64,000 nt of DNA from Candidatus Dormibacteria bacterium (GCA_049521435.1 JBEKOU010000005.1:6012-70011); one strand, 5' to 3'. Shown: positions 11,807-19,967, counted from the stretch's first letter. A program made the numbers and translations. The notes: a model not told the origin generated them from the letters alone.

Positions 11807-12391
11807 ATGGCTGCCGATGTCCGTCATACCCCGGCCCTGGAAGACCTGCTGGCTCGTGTTCCAGAGCCTGACGCCCCCCTGCTCACCCGAGCCTACGCGA
11901 TGGCCGCGAGCGCCCACCGCGGGCAGCCCCGGCGCCAGGGGACCCCGTACATCGATCACGTGGTGGAGGTGGCGTTGATCCTCCTCGAGCAGCTGGGGGT
12001 CACGGATCCGGCGATCCTTGCGGCGGGGCTGCTCCACGACGCGGTCGAGGACTCCGAGCTCACCGTCGACGGCCTGGCGGACTTCCCGGAGCGGACCCGT
12101 CGGCTCGTCGCCCTCCTCACCGATCCCGCATCCGCGATGACCGGCGCGATGAGGCGCGCCCACTACCGCGAGATCTGGAAGGATCCCGACGCCACCTTGC
12201 TCAAGGCGGCGGATCGCCTCTCCAACATCCGCGACGTCGTGGCTCGTGGCGACCCGGAGTTCACCCGCCGCTACATCCGCAAGACCCAGCGCGACATCCT
12301 CGGCAAGGGATCGCCGCTCGCTTCCCACCCGGTCGCCGCACCGCTCCTCCGGACAGCGCTGGAGGATGCTGCTCGCGACAACCCCGGCTGA
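11807..12391 (+). CDS. Stand-alone RelA/SpoT-type HD-domain hydrolase (small alarmone hydrolase-like)
   Basis: AHRGQPRRQGTPYIDHVVEVA and LLHDAVEDS match the (p)ppGpp-hydrolase HD-domain signature. No synthetase domain. Alternative starts at 11744/11792. Confidence 0.8.
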   Translation: MAADVRHTPALEDLLARVPEPDAPLLTRAYAMAASAHRGQPRRQGTPYIDHVVEVALILLEQLGVTDPAILAAGLLHDAVEDSELTVDGLADFPERTRRLVALLTDPASAMTGAMRRAHYREIWKDPDATLLKAADRLSNIRDVVARGDPEFTRRYIRKTQRDILGKGSPLASHPVAAPLLRTALEDAARDNPG

Positions 12392-12401
12392 GCCGTGGGG
12401 T

Positions 12402-12431
12402 TTGACTCGGTCGATCCCCGCCTGCGAGCAT
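12402..12431 (+). promoter_or_regulatory. Candidate promoter TTGACT-18 nt-GAGCAT, 7 nt before ATG 12439
   Basis: Strong -35 (five of six consensus positions). The -10 keeps A2 and T6. The geometry predicts a leaderless transcript starting at ATG 12439. Confidence 0.4.
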
Positions 12432-12438
12432 GGTTCTC

Positions 12439-13209
12439 ATGAAATTTGGTCGCCGCCAGTCCCCCGAGCCCGAACCCGTGCCCGTTCCACTGCCCAGCTA
12501 CTCGCCACCCTCGGGCGGCGCCTCCCTCTTCGGCTACTCTCCGAACGCCCCTGCCGACGAGTCCGCGAGCGTCCCCCCGCCGGCGGCGGACGCCCCGCCC
12601 CCGGGCTTCGCCCCGGCCGCCATGCCTCCGGGGTTCCCGCCGGCAGCGGCGGCCGCCATGCCCCCGGGCTTCCCCCCGGCCGCCATGCCTCCGGGGTTCC
12701 CGCCCGCAGCGGCGGGCGCTCTGCCCCCGGGCTTCGCGCCGGCCGCGATGCCTCCGGGGTTCCCGCCCGCGGCGGCGGACGCCCTGCCCCCGGGCTTCCC
12801 CCCGGCGGGCCCGGGTGCCATGCCTCCCGGCTTCCCACCGGCGGGCGCGATGCCTCCGGGCTTCCCCCCTGGGTTCGGCGCTGGCATGCCGGGAGCTTTC
12901 CCTGGGTTCGGCGCTGGCATGCCGGGAGCTTTCCCCGGCATCGGCGGCGCTCCCCAGCTCGCCGCCCTGCAGAATCCCGCGGTTCTCGACGCCCTGGTCA
13001 GGTCCGGTAAGTTCCGGACCCGAGAGGAGGCGCAGGCCTGGGTCAGCCAGATGGTGGCGAGGGCCACTCAGAGTGCGGGCCAGCAGGCCGCCTTCGGCGG
13101 GATGCAGCCCGGCTGGGGGAGCGGACAGCAGGTGCCCCCGGGCCAGCAGACCTTCCAGGACATGATGGATCAGGCCAAGAAGAAGGGCCGCAAGGGTCGC
13201 GGCAACTGA
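12439..13209 (+). CDS. Pro/Gly/Phe/Met-rich tandem-repeat protein with a basic C-terminus (hypothetical)
   Basis: ~9 copies of (M/L)PPGF(P/A)PA plus 2 copies of GFGAGMPGAFP. These are followed by a non-repetitive Gln-rich tail ending KKKGRKGRGN. High GC3 in this frame. Alternative start ATG 12430. Confidence 0.6.
   Translation: MKFGRRQSPEPEPVPVPLPSYSPPSGGASLFGYSPNAPADESASVPPPAADAPPPGFAPAAMPPGFPPAAAAAMPPGFPPAAMPPGFPPAAAGALPPGFAPAAMPPGFPPAAADALPPGFPPAGPGAMPPGFPPAGAMPPGFPPGFGAGMPGAFPGFGAGMPGAFPGIGGAPQLAALQNPAVLDALVRSGKFRTREEAQAWVSQMVARATQSAGQQAAFGGMQPGWGSGQQVPPGQQTFQDMMDQAKKKGRKGRGN
12592..12936 (+). repeat. In-frame coding tandem repeats (27-36 nt units; perfect-but-one 33-nt duplication at 12871-12903 / 12904-12936)
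   Basis: Read directly: repeated gccatgcctccggggttcccgcc units and a duplicated gggttcggcgctggcatgccgggagctttccc unit. Confidence 0.85.
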
Positions 13210-13304
13210 TCCTCGGCTGAGGATCCTCGTGCTGCCTCAGCTGGCCGCCTCTGGCAGGGGCCGGGCGGGTCAGGATCTGCAAGAGGGAGCACGCCCTCGG
13301 TATG

Positions 13305-13333
13305 TTGACTCTTGTGCGTTGCTATGTAATCAT
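13305..13333 (+). promoter_or_regulatory. Candidate promoter TTGACT-17 nt-AATCAT, 7 nt before ATG 13341
   Basis: It sits in the most AT-rich patch of the region and contains a direct repeat ATGTAAT (13324-13330, 13332-13338). No SD, so it predicts a leaderless mRNA. Confidence 0.45.
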
Positions 13334-13340
13334 GTAATTT

Positions 13341-13913
13341 ATGAGATTCGAACACAAACTCACCCATCCCCACCAGCATCTCGAGCCCACTCCCGCCCCC
13401 TCGCTCACCGACGAGGAACTCCAAGGCTGGTTTGCCGGCCGGCTTCCCGAAGGACTGTTCAGCGGGGCTCCGACGATCACCGCGGATCGTGACGAAATCC
13501 TCGTCGTCGGCGAGATCCCCGATGTCGAGCTGGCTCCGGAAACCGGGGACTCCGCCCGGACCACGGCGCGCTCCGCGCGCATCGAGCGCTTCCGGGGTGA
13601 AACCAAGCAGGCCCGCATCGCGGTCGCCCAGGACGGCGAGCGCCTCTTCGGCCGCACGATCTCCTGGGGCGCGCGCTGTGGGGACGTCACCCAGCATTTC
13701 ACGACCCTGGGGGTTCCGGTGATGACCCGGCTGCGGCTCGCTGACCGCCGCGTTCTCGACACCTTGATCGACGCGGGCGTTGCTCGGAGCCGGAGCGAGG
13801 CGCTGGCCTGGTGCGTGCGCCTGGTCGCCCGCCACCAGGGCGAGTGGATCGACAGCCTCCGCGAGGCCCTGGTCCACGTCGAGAAGGTGCGCAGCGAAGG
13901 ACCGGACGCCTGA
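13341..13913 (+). CDS. Hypothetical protein with a C-terminal ribbon-helix-helix-like segment
   Basis: MTRLRLADRRVLDTLIDAGVARSRSEALAWCVRLV resembles a CopG/Arc/MetJ-type RHH (beta strand plus two helices). I do not recognise the N-terminal ~120 aa. Confidence 0.6.
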   Translation: MRFEHKLTHPHQHLEPTPAPSLTDEELQGWFAGRLPEGLFSGAPTITADRDEILVVGEIPDVELAPETGDSARTTARSARIERFRGETKQARIAVAQDGERLFGRTISWGARCGDVTQHFTTLGVPVMTRLRLADRRVLDTLIDAGVARSRSEALAWCVRLVARHQGEWIDSLREALVHVEKVRSEGPDA

Positions 13914-13969
13914 CATCGGCCTTCCAGCTCTGACTGCCCCACCTTGCCACTGCGGTGGCCTCCGGCCGC

Positions 13970-15301
13970 TCAGGGTAGGGGTGCCGGCTCCAGCCCGACC
14001 GGGGCGGGGGAGGGTCCGGGTGTGGCGGGCGCCGCGCCGCTGTGGAGGCGGATGAGCGCGGCGAGGGCGAGGAGCCCGCTCAGGCCCCGCGGCACCGCGA
14101 CGTCACGGCTCTCCCAGTGGGTGGCGAACTTGGCCTTGAAATGGGAGAGCCCCCGATAGCTGTAGCCCCAGCAGCCGTGCTCGTACAGGTGGGCTCGGAC
14201 GTCACGCGCCAGGCGGCCGTCCGGTGGGTCGCCGAGGGTCTCGCGGAAGGGCACTGAGCCCAACGACACCCGGGCCCGGCAGTCGACCCTGCTCCGCTCG
14301 ATCGCGGTCACGATGCAGACGTCCACGGCACCGGCCGCGGCGTCGGGCCGGCGGCGGATGAGGTCGAGGGCCATCCCGCCGTCGCCCATCTCGATCCACG
14401 AGCAGAAGGCGTGGACGCGCCCGTTACCGTCGCGGGCCACGGTGTACCGGGTCGTGCTGTCGACGTCGCGCAGCCGCCCCAGGGAGAATCCCATCTCCCG
14501 GCCGCCCCGCACCCGGAGCCAGTCGCGTGACACCTGCTCCAGCTCGCTCCACAGTCCCCCGGGCGGCTGGGGGTCCCAGACGGTCACGACCTCCAGGCCC
14601 GCGCGCCGTGCCCTGGCGACCTCATGCCGGGCATCCGCTCGCGCCGGCGAGCCCAGGTCGAATCGGTCTAGCTCCACCACGGCTTCCTCGCCGAACTTGA
14701 GGAGGCGGAAGCCCGACGTTCGGTACGCGTCGCGGAGAGCGGCGTCCGTCTGAAAGAAACAGGGCACCCAGCGCCTCCTGGCGCACATCTCGAGGAACCC
14801 GGTCAGCGCGATCCGGCGGAGCCCCGGGGCGACCAGGGGATCACCCACCGCCACGGCGGCTCCCCAGCACTCCTGGAACCCGACGACCCCGCCACCGGTG
14901 TGGAGGACGCTCTTGGCTCGATCGCCGGCAAAGCAGGAGATGTGGGTCCGGCCGTGGAGGAGGCGGAGCCGCTCCATCTCACCCGGCGTCTTGGTCTCAC
15001 CCAGCGAGCCGCGGGTGGCCAGGGCGAACCCGACCTCGAACCCGATCGCCGCCGCGAGAGCCACCAGGCCCAGCCAGTCAGCGAGCGGGCTGCGCGGAAC
15101 CGTGAAGCTGAACGCGCCGGCGAAGACGGCGAAGGTCGCGGCTACCACCACCGGTCGCGAGTGCCGGACGCCACCGCCGAAGGCGGCCAGCAGCCCCAGG
15201 GCCATGACCACCGTTCCCAGCGTGCGCCCGAATACGTCGGGCCCCTGCCCCCGGACGGCGTTCTGGGCGAGCGCGGCGAGGAATCCCACCGCGGCCATCA
15301 T
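13970..15301 (-). CDS. MprF C-terminal-type (DUF2156) aminoacyl-lipid synthase homolog, short TM anchor, no flippase domain
   Basis: MMAAVGF start at 15301. 3-4 N-terminal TM helices, then a DUF2156-like domain (FQECWGAAVAVGDP, GFRLLKFGEEA, MGFSLGR, YRGLSHFKAKF). The 927-aa ORF extension upstream is an out-of-frame overlap with the esterase gene. Confidence 0.8.
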   Translation of the reverse strand: MMAAVGFLAALAQNAVRGQGPDVFGRTLGTVVMALGLLAAFGGGVRHSRPVVVAATFAVFAGAFSFTVPRSPLADWLGLVALAAAIGFEVGFALATRGSLGETKTPGEMERLRLLHGRTHISCFAGDRAKSVLHTGGGVVGFQECWGAAVAVGDPLVAPGLRRIALTGFLEMCARRRWVPCFFQTDAALRDAYRTSGFRLLKFGEEAVVELDRFDLGSPARADARHEVARARRAGLEVVTVWDPQPPGGLWSELEQVSRDWLRVRGGREMGFSLGRLRDVDSTTRYTVARDGNGRVHAFCSWIEMGDGGMALDLIRRRPDAAAGAVDVCIVTAIERSRVDCRARVSLGSVPFRETLGDPPDGRLARDVRAHLYEHGCWGYSYRGLSHFKAKFATHWESRDVAVPRGLSGLLALAALIRLHSGAAPATPGPSPAPVGLEPAPLP

Positions 15302-17067
15302 AGGGCCCCCTCCGCGGCGAGGTTGCCGGCTGCAGCCACGGAGGGTGGGGTCTGCATCTGGCCGGTCGGCACCAACCAGGGCTCCGGGCCCCACAGCTGT
15401 CCGAGCCAGGTGAAGCTCTGGACCATCTCGGCTTGCCAGGCGACCCAGCCGTGCCCTCCGGTGACGGTCTGGAAGTTGACATCCGGCCAGCCCAGCTCGC
15501 TCAGGGTGGAGTCGAACTGCTGGGTGTCGGGTTTGAAGACGTAGTCCGTGCTCCCCGCACCCAGGTACATGGGCATCCGCTCCGCTGGCGGAACGTTGGA
15601 GGCGGTGTAGAGGGGGCTGTTGGCCCTCCATGCGGTGCCGAAGGTGGACGAACGGCCAACGAAGTAGCCGGAGTAGCTGCCCACCCAGCTGAACACGGTC
15701 GGATTCTGGAAGGCGATGTTCACGGCTCCGAATCCCCCGCTGCTCAGGCCGGCAATGCCGCGGAACGACGCCCCGAGGGTGCGGTACTGCGCGTCGATGC
15801 CGGGAACGACCTGCTGGACGATCCAGGACTCGATCTGTCCGGACGGGCTGTCCCCCCACTCGGTGTCGGTGCTCTGAGCCGTGTTGCCGTTGGGAAGGAC
15901 TGCGATGACGGGAGCGATGGTGCCCTTCCCGATCATCTGATCGAGGATGGCCTCCAGCGAGCCGCCGTTGAGCCAGTCCGTCGGCCCCCCCGGCGTGCCG
16001 TGAAGCAGATAGAGGACGGGGAGGCTGAGCGCCGGGTCCGCGAAGTAGACGCCGGGGACGTACACGTCCAGCTGGCGGTTGGCGATGGTCAGGTACTGGA
16101 TCCTCCCCGGGATCTCGCGCAGGAGGGGGATGTCGGGCGTGGGGGCGGGCCCCACGACGGACATACCGGCGGAGCTTTCCGGGGTGGGTGTGGCCACCAG
16201 GGCGGCCGCCGGTCCAGGGCCGGCGTCGATGGTGCGCAGCGCGCTGAGCGGGCCGTCCTGGAGGGCGGTCACCGCCGCGCCCGTCGCGAAGACGATGAGG
16301 GCGATGGCCACCGGGATCGCCGGCCAGAACCGGCGCCGCCGAAAGAAGGAAGGCAGGTGGGTGGCGTCCCGGGCGAGACCCACCCCAAGCGCGGCCCCCA
16401 CGATCACGGCGATCACCGCCAGGAGGAGCATGCCGAGGGGCTGCAGTATCCAGCCAAGGAGGTTCGGCTGGTACTTGAGTCCCACGAGCGGGGGTTGGTT
16501 GGCGGCCCGTACCAGGAAGGGCACGATCTGGATGCCGACGAACCCGATCAGGCCACCCACCCGGGTCGGTGCCGGCCGCCGCGATGCGGCCCCGAGCACC
16601 GCGGTCGCGAGTATCACGAGCACGATGGCGGTGAGCAGGTAGGCGCGCTCGTCGTCCATGCCCTGGGCTTCGAAGTACTGCGCCAGTCCGTTGCCCAGGA
16701 GCCACTCGAGAAGGCCGCAGAGGGCGGCTGAGCCGGCGGCCACGATGATCCACAGATGGCGGCCTGCGAAGCGCAAGGGTGCGAGGAGGATGGTCGTCGG
16801 GAGCCGGCCATATGGCCGCGCGGCGGGCGGGGTGACTGCCGGAGCTGCCGTCGGTGCAACCGCCTCGGCGACCACGGGCGGGATGGTCGGGGCGGCGGGC
16901 GCTGTCACCTTCGGGGGGGCAGCCGCGGAGCTCCTCTCGGCGGCGCCCCCGACATGTTCCGCGGTGAGGTCACCCACGGGCCCGGCGGCGCTCTTGCGGG
17001 CAGCCGCTTTCCAGGCGTGCCTGCGGCTGGCGCGAGTGGCGCCGGCTGACGGATGACGGGTTCGCAT
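15298..17067 (-). CDS. Membrane-anchored putative esterase (PF00756 esterase D / antigen 85-like domain)
   Basis: Ala/Pro-rich N-terminus and ~6 TM helices. C-terminal VLYLLHGTPGGPTDW, GLSSGG (GxSxG) and MYLGAGSTD. Stop TGA 15298-15300 overlaps the ATG of the downstream gene (ATGA). The start is uncertain. Confidence 0.75.
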   Translation of the reverse strand: MRTRHPSAGATRASRRHAWKAAARKSAAGPVGDLTAEHVGGAAERSSAAAPPKVTAPAAPTIPPVVAEAVAPTAAPAVTPPAARPYGRLPTTILLAPLRFAGRHLWIIVAAGSAALCGLLEWLLGNGLAQYFEAQGMDDERAYLLTAIVLVILATAVLGAASRRPAPTRVGGLIGFVGIQIVPFLVRAANQPPLVGLKYQPNLLGWILQPLGMLLLAVIAVIVGAALGVGLARDATHLPSFFRRRRFWPAIPVAIALIVFATGAAVTALQDGPLSALRTIDAGPGPAAALVATPTPESSAGMSVVGPAPTPDIPLLREIPGRIQYLTIANRQLDVYVPGVYFADPALSLPVLYLLHGTPGGPTDWLNGGSLEAILDQMIGKGTIAPVIAVLPNGNTAQSTDTEWGDSPSGQIESWIVQQVVPGIDAQYRTLGASFRGIAGLSSGGFGAVNIAFQNPTVFSWVGSYSGYFVGRSSTFGTAWRANSPLYTASNVPPAERMPMYLGAGSTDYVFKPDTQQFDSTLSELGWPDVNFQTVTGGHGWVAWQAEMVQSFTWLGQLWGPEPWLVPTGQMQTPPSVAAAGNLAAEGAL

Positions 17068-17341
17068 TGACCGGCTGAGCCCCTATCCCTCTTGATCCAG
17101 CGACGCCCGGCGTGCGGCCGGCCCCTCCTAGGTGAACGTTGCGAGGAGAGCCGCCGTTACGTTACGCGAAGGGATGGCGCACGGTGCGGTGTTCGGTTAA
17201 CGAGACGTTGTGAACTGTCGATCCTCCCGCGCCGGCGGTGTCGGGGTTCCACGAGGCACCGTCAGAGCCGGGTGACCCCACCGGCTTCCGGGGCCGGCAG
17301 GCGAGGACCGGATCCCGACGCCCGGCTGGAGCGAACCCGGA

Positions 17342-17347
17342 CACAAT
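17342..17347 (+). promoter_or_regulatory. -10-like hexamer CACAAT, 6 nt upstream of GTG 17354
   Basis: A2 and T6 are conserved. No SD. Weak call. Confidence 0.25.
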
Positions 17348-17353
17348 GGGTGC

Positions 17354-18595
17354 GTGCGTCTCTGCGTTGCCCATCCCGACGGCTCCCTCGACGTGCGCGA
17401 GGGGCTCCGGCCCGCCGCCAGATCGGGCCACACCCTGGTGCCCCTGGAAGATTCCGACGTCATCCCGCTACCGGAGGGCGCCACCATCGCCCACCTCCCG
17501 GGACGGCGCGCCTTTGGGGTGGACCGCCAGGGGGAGCCCGTCGCTCTGGACGACCGGTGGGTGCCGGTCGCCGCGATCCTTCCCGTCGGGCATCTGAGGA
17601 CCCTGCTGCCGGCGTCCCAGCCGGTCGCGGGCAGCCGCCGCCTCCCCCTCTTCGGCTACACCGCGGTCGCGGAGCGGGACGGCGACCTGGTGGTTGCCGC
17701 CATCCCGACCGATTCATTCGAGTGGTGGCAGCCAAGCCGTCACACCGCGGCGGGTCTCCCCGAGGCGGTCGACGCGGCTCGAAGCGCCCTCCCCGGCAAC
17801 CGCCTGGTCGACCACCTGGCCCGCTGTGCCCTCGAGTACCGCTGCTACACCGCCCAGAACACCTTTCTCCGTCGCTATGAGGCCGCCCTCCCCGCCTCGC
17901 CGGCCTGCAACGCCGACTGCCTCGGCTGCATCTCCTTGCAGAGCGACGGCGCCGTGGCGTCGCCGCAGAAACGGATGGGTTTCGCGCCCACGCCGGGGGA
18001 GCTGGCCGGGCTCGCCGACCACTTCCTGGGGGGTGAGGAGGCGGCGATCGTCTCCTTTGGCCAGGGGTGCGAGGGCGAGGCGCTGACCCGGGGGAGAGCC
18101 CTGGTCGAGGCCACAGCGGCCATCCGCGAGCGTCACGCCACCGCGACCATCCACGTCAACACCAACGGGAGCCGGCCCAGGGTGCTGGAGCGGATGGTCA
18201 CCGCCGGCTGCGACAGCGTCCGGATCAGCGCCATCTCCTTCACGGACCCGGTCTTCCGAGCCTACTACCGCCCCATCGGGTATGGGCTCCAGGAGGTGCT
18301 CGAGTGCGGCCGGATCGTGAAACGGGCGGGAGGCCAGGTCTGTCTCAATCTGCTCGCCTTCCCCGGGGTCACGGACTCCGCGCTGGAGCTGGAGGCGACC
18401 ATCGCCGCCTGCAGGGAGATGGGGGTGGACCAGATCCAGTGGCGGAGCCTCAACGTCGACCACGACTGGCTCGTCGAGGAGCTGCCGGAGATGGAGCCGG
18501 GGATCGGGATGGCCGCCGCCCTGGAGACGGTCCGGCGGCGGCTCCCCGGGGTCGCCCACGGGAACTTCACCCGTCCGGTCGTGCATCCCGGCTGA
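17354..18595 (+). CDS. Radical SAM domain protein with an unrecognised ~175-aa N-terminal domain
   Basis: CNADCLGC (Cx3Cx2C) at 17906-17929, SFGQGCEGEAL glycine-rich SAM-binding-like block, TIM-barrel-like remainder. Confidence 0.8.
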   Translation: MRLCVAHPDGSLDVREGLRPAARSGHTLVPLEDSDVIPLPEGATIAHLPGRRAFGVDRQGEPVALDDRWVPVAAILPVGHLRTLLPASQPVAGSRRLPLFGYTAVAERDGDLVVAAIPTDSFEWWQPSRHTAAGLPEAVDAARSALPGNRLVDHLARCALEYRCYTAQNTFLRRYEAALPASPACNADCLGCISLQSDGAVASPQKRMGFAPTPGELAGLADHFLGGEEAAIVSFGQGCEGEALTRGRALVEATAAIRERHATATIHVNTNGSRPRVLERMVTAGCDSVRISAISFTDPVFRAYYRPIGYGLQEVLECGRIVKRAGGQVCLNLLAFPGVTDSALELEATIAACREMGVDQIQWRSLNVDHDWLVEELPEMEPGIGMAAALETVRRRLPGVAHGNFTRPVVHPG

Positions 18596-18691
18596 TCGGG
18601 CCGGAGCGAAGCACCACCCCATGCCCGCTTCGATTCACGGGTCCCGTGGTATCCTCGCTGCGTTCCCTCCCCCCAGAATACGAGCCTGTCC

Positions 18692-18910
18692 ATGAAAGCC
18701 ACTCTGCACCCCGCCTTCCACACCGACGCCGTCGTGACCTGCGTCTGCGGCAACACGTTCCTGACGGGCTCGACCCTCCCGGAGCTCAAGACCGAGGTCT
18801 GCTCGGTGTGCCACCCGTTCTTCACCGGGACGCAGCGGATCGTGGACACCGGCGGCCAGGTGGAGCGCTTCCGGCGCCGCGCCGCCGCTCGCACCACCGC
18901 CGCCCGGTAG
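18692..18910 (+). CDS. rpmE: 50S ribosomal protein L31 (Zn-ribbon, four-Cys type)
   Basis: [10 protein letters not shown]..., CVCGN and [10 protein letters not shown], 72 aa. Confidence 0.95.
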   Translation: MKATLHPAFHTDAVVTCVCGNTFLTGSTLPELKTEVCSVCHPFFTGTQRIVDTGGQVERFRRRAAARTTAAR

Positions 18911-18992
18911 GGGGCGAGGCGCCACACCGGCGCGGCTGACGGGCGGGCGGCTCCGCCTCCGATTGGAATGCCCGCTCCGATCGACGAGTACG

Positions 18993-19967
18993 ATGGACGC
19001 CGTGAGAGCGCGTAGCCCGTCCGTCGGCGACATCCTCCGCACCGCCGCTCTCAACGCCGCCGCCGCGCCGCCGGCCACCTTCTTCTACGGCGGGCAGGCG
19101 GTCATCGAGGGTGTCCTGATGCGCGGCCGGCGCCAGTACGCGGTGGCGGCGCGCCGCCCAGACGGCAGCATCACCGTGCTCTCCGAACGGCTGCGCTCCC
19201 GCGTCTACACCGGCCGGCCCTGGTCGCTCCCCTTCTTCCGTGGTGCGGCCGCCCTCTGGGAGATGCTCGCGTTGGGCATGCGGGCGCTCCAATGGTCGGC
19301 CAACGTCCAGCTCGGTGAGGATGCCGAGATCAGCCCGGCTGCGATGCGGACCACCATCGGCATCTCGGTCGTCTTTGGGCTGGGCCTCTTCATCGGCCTG
19401 CCCCTCCTCGCCTCTTCGCTCATCCACCACGGAGCCCCCCAATCGGTCGGCTCAGTGCTGATCGAGGGGGTGGCCCGCGCCGTCATCCTGCTCGGGTACC
19501 TGTTCCTGATCGGCCTGGGAAAGAACGTCCGGCGCGTCTTCGAGTACCACGGAGCCGAGCACAAGGCGATCAACTGCCTGGAGTCCGGCGCACCCGTGGA
19601 GGTCGAGAACGTGCGCCTCACCAGCCGGCTCCACCCGCGTTGCGGCACCGGCTTCCTGGTGGTGGTCGCGCTCGTGAGCGTGATCGTCTTCACCCCCCTC
19701 GGCTGGCTCTTCTGGCCGTTGCGGATCGCCTGCCAGATCGCCCTCATCCCGCTGGTCGCCGGGGTCTCCTACGAGGCCATCCGGGGCCTGGCCCGGGTCC
19801 GCCACACGCGCTTTGGACGCATCGCCCTGGTGCCGGTCCTGGCCGCCCAGCGGCTCTCCACCCGGGAGCCGGACGACTCTCAGATCGAGGTGGCGATCGC
19901 CGCCCTGGCCGCCGCCCGTGCCGGCGACACCGGTGAGGTCGGCGAGAACTACGCCACCGTCCCCTGA
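18993..19967 (+). CDS. DUF1385 domain membrane protein
   Basis: FYGGQAVIEGVLMRG and YHGAEHKAINCLE hallmarks. It sits between rpmE and prfA. Start could be 18963 (TTG) or 18993 (ATG). Confidence 0.85.
   Translation: MDAVRARSPSVGDILRTAALNAAAAPPATFFYGGQAVIEGVLMRGRRQYAVAARRPDGSITVLSERLRSRVYTGRPWSLPFFRGAAALWEMLALGMRALQWSANVQLGEDAEISPAAMRTTIGISVVFGLGLFIGLPLLASSLIHHGAPQSVGSVLIEGVARAVILLGYLFLIGLGKNVRRVFEYHGAEHKAINCLESGAPVEVENVRLTSRLHPRCGTGFLVVVALVSVIVFTPLGWLFWPLRIACQIALIPLVAGVSYEAIRGLARVRHTRFGRIALVPVLAAQRLSTREPDDSQIEVAIAALAAARAGDTGEVGENYATVP

Noticed and set aside
12592-12936. Tandem repeats considered as a CRISPR array or intergenic minisatellite
   Set aside because: The units are contiguous with no unique spacers, are multiples of 3 nt, and stay in frame inside a CDS. 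No cas genes are present.
12986-13022. GGTCAGGTCCGGTAAGTTCCGGACC resembling the SRP (4.5S) RNA conserved helix
   Set aside because: It is a short chance similarity inside a coding region (LVRSGKFRT). The rest of the SRP RNA consensus is not present.
12246-13165. Alternative-frame and antisense ORFs across the Pro-rich repeat region (12246..13010, 12446..13165, 12437..12838, 12534..13067)
   Set aside because: All frames stay open because of the GC-rich repeat. Only the 12430/12439 frame continues into a non-repetitive, protein-like C-terminus with high GC3 and has a plausible promoter.
15302-16753. Upstream extension making the MprF-like gene a 927-aa ORF
   Set aside because: The extension is an out-of-frame overlap with the esterase gene, whose motifs are clear. 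It is Arg/Pro/Gly-rich. A proper ATG at 15301 is coupled to the esterase stop (ATGA) and gives the expected TM-anchor plus DUF2156 architecture.
17068-17353. 286-bp divergent intergenic region between the esterase and radical SAM genes, examined for a riboswitch, sRNA or small ORF
   Set aside because: I could see no recognisable conserved RNA motif, repeat or credible small ORF. The ORFs listed here (17092.., 17162.., 17197.., 17238..) are Arg/Pro-rich and unsupported. It remains unexplained rather than positively annotated.
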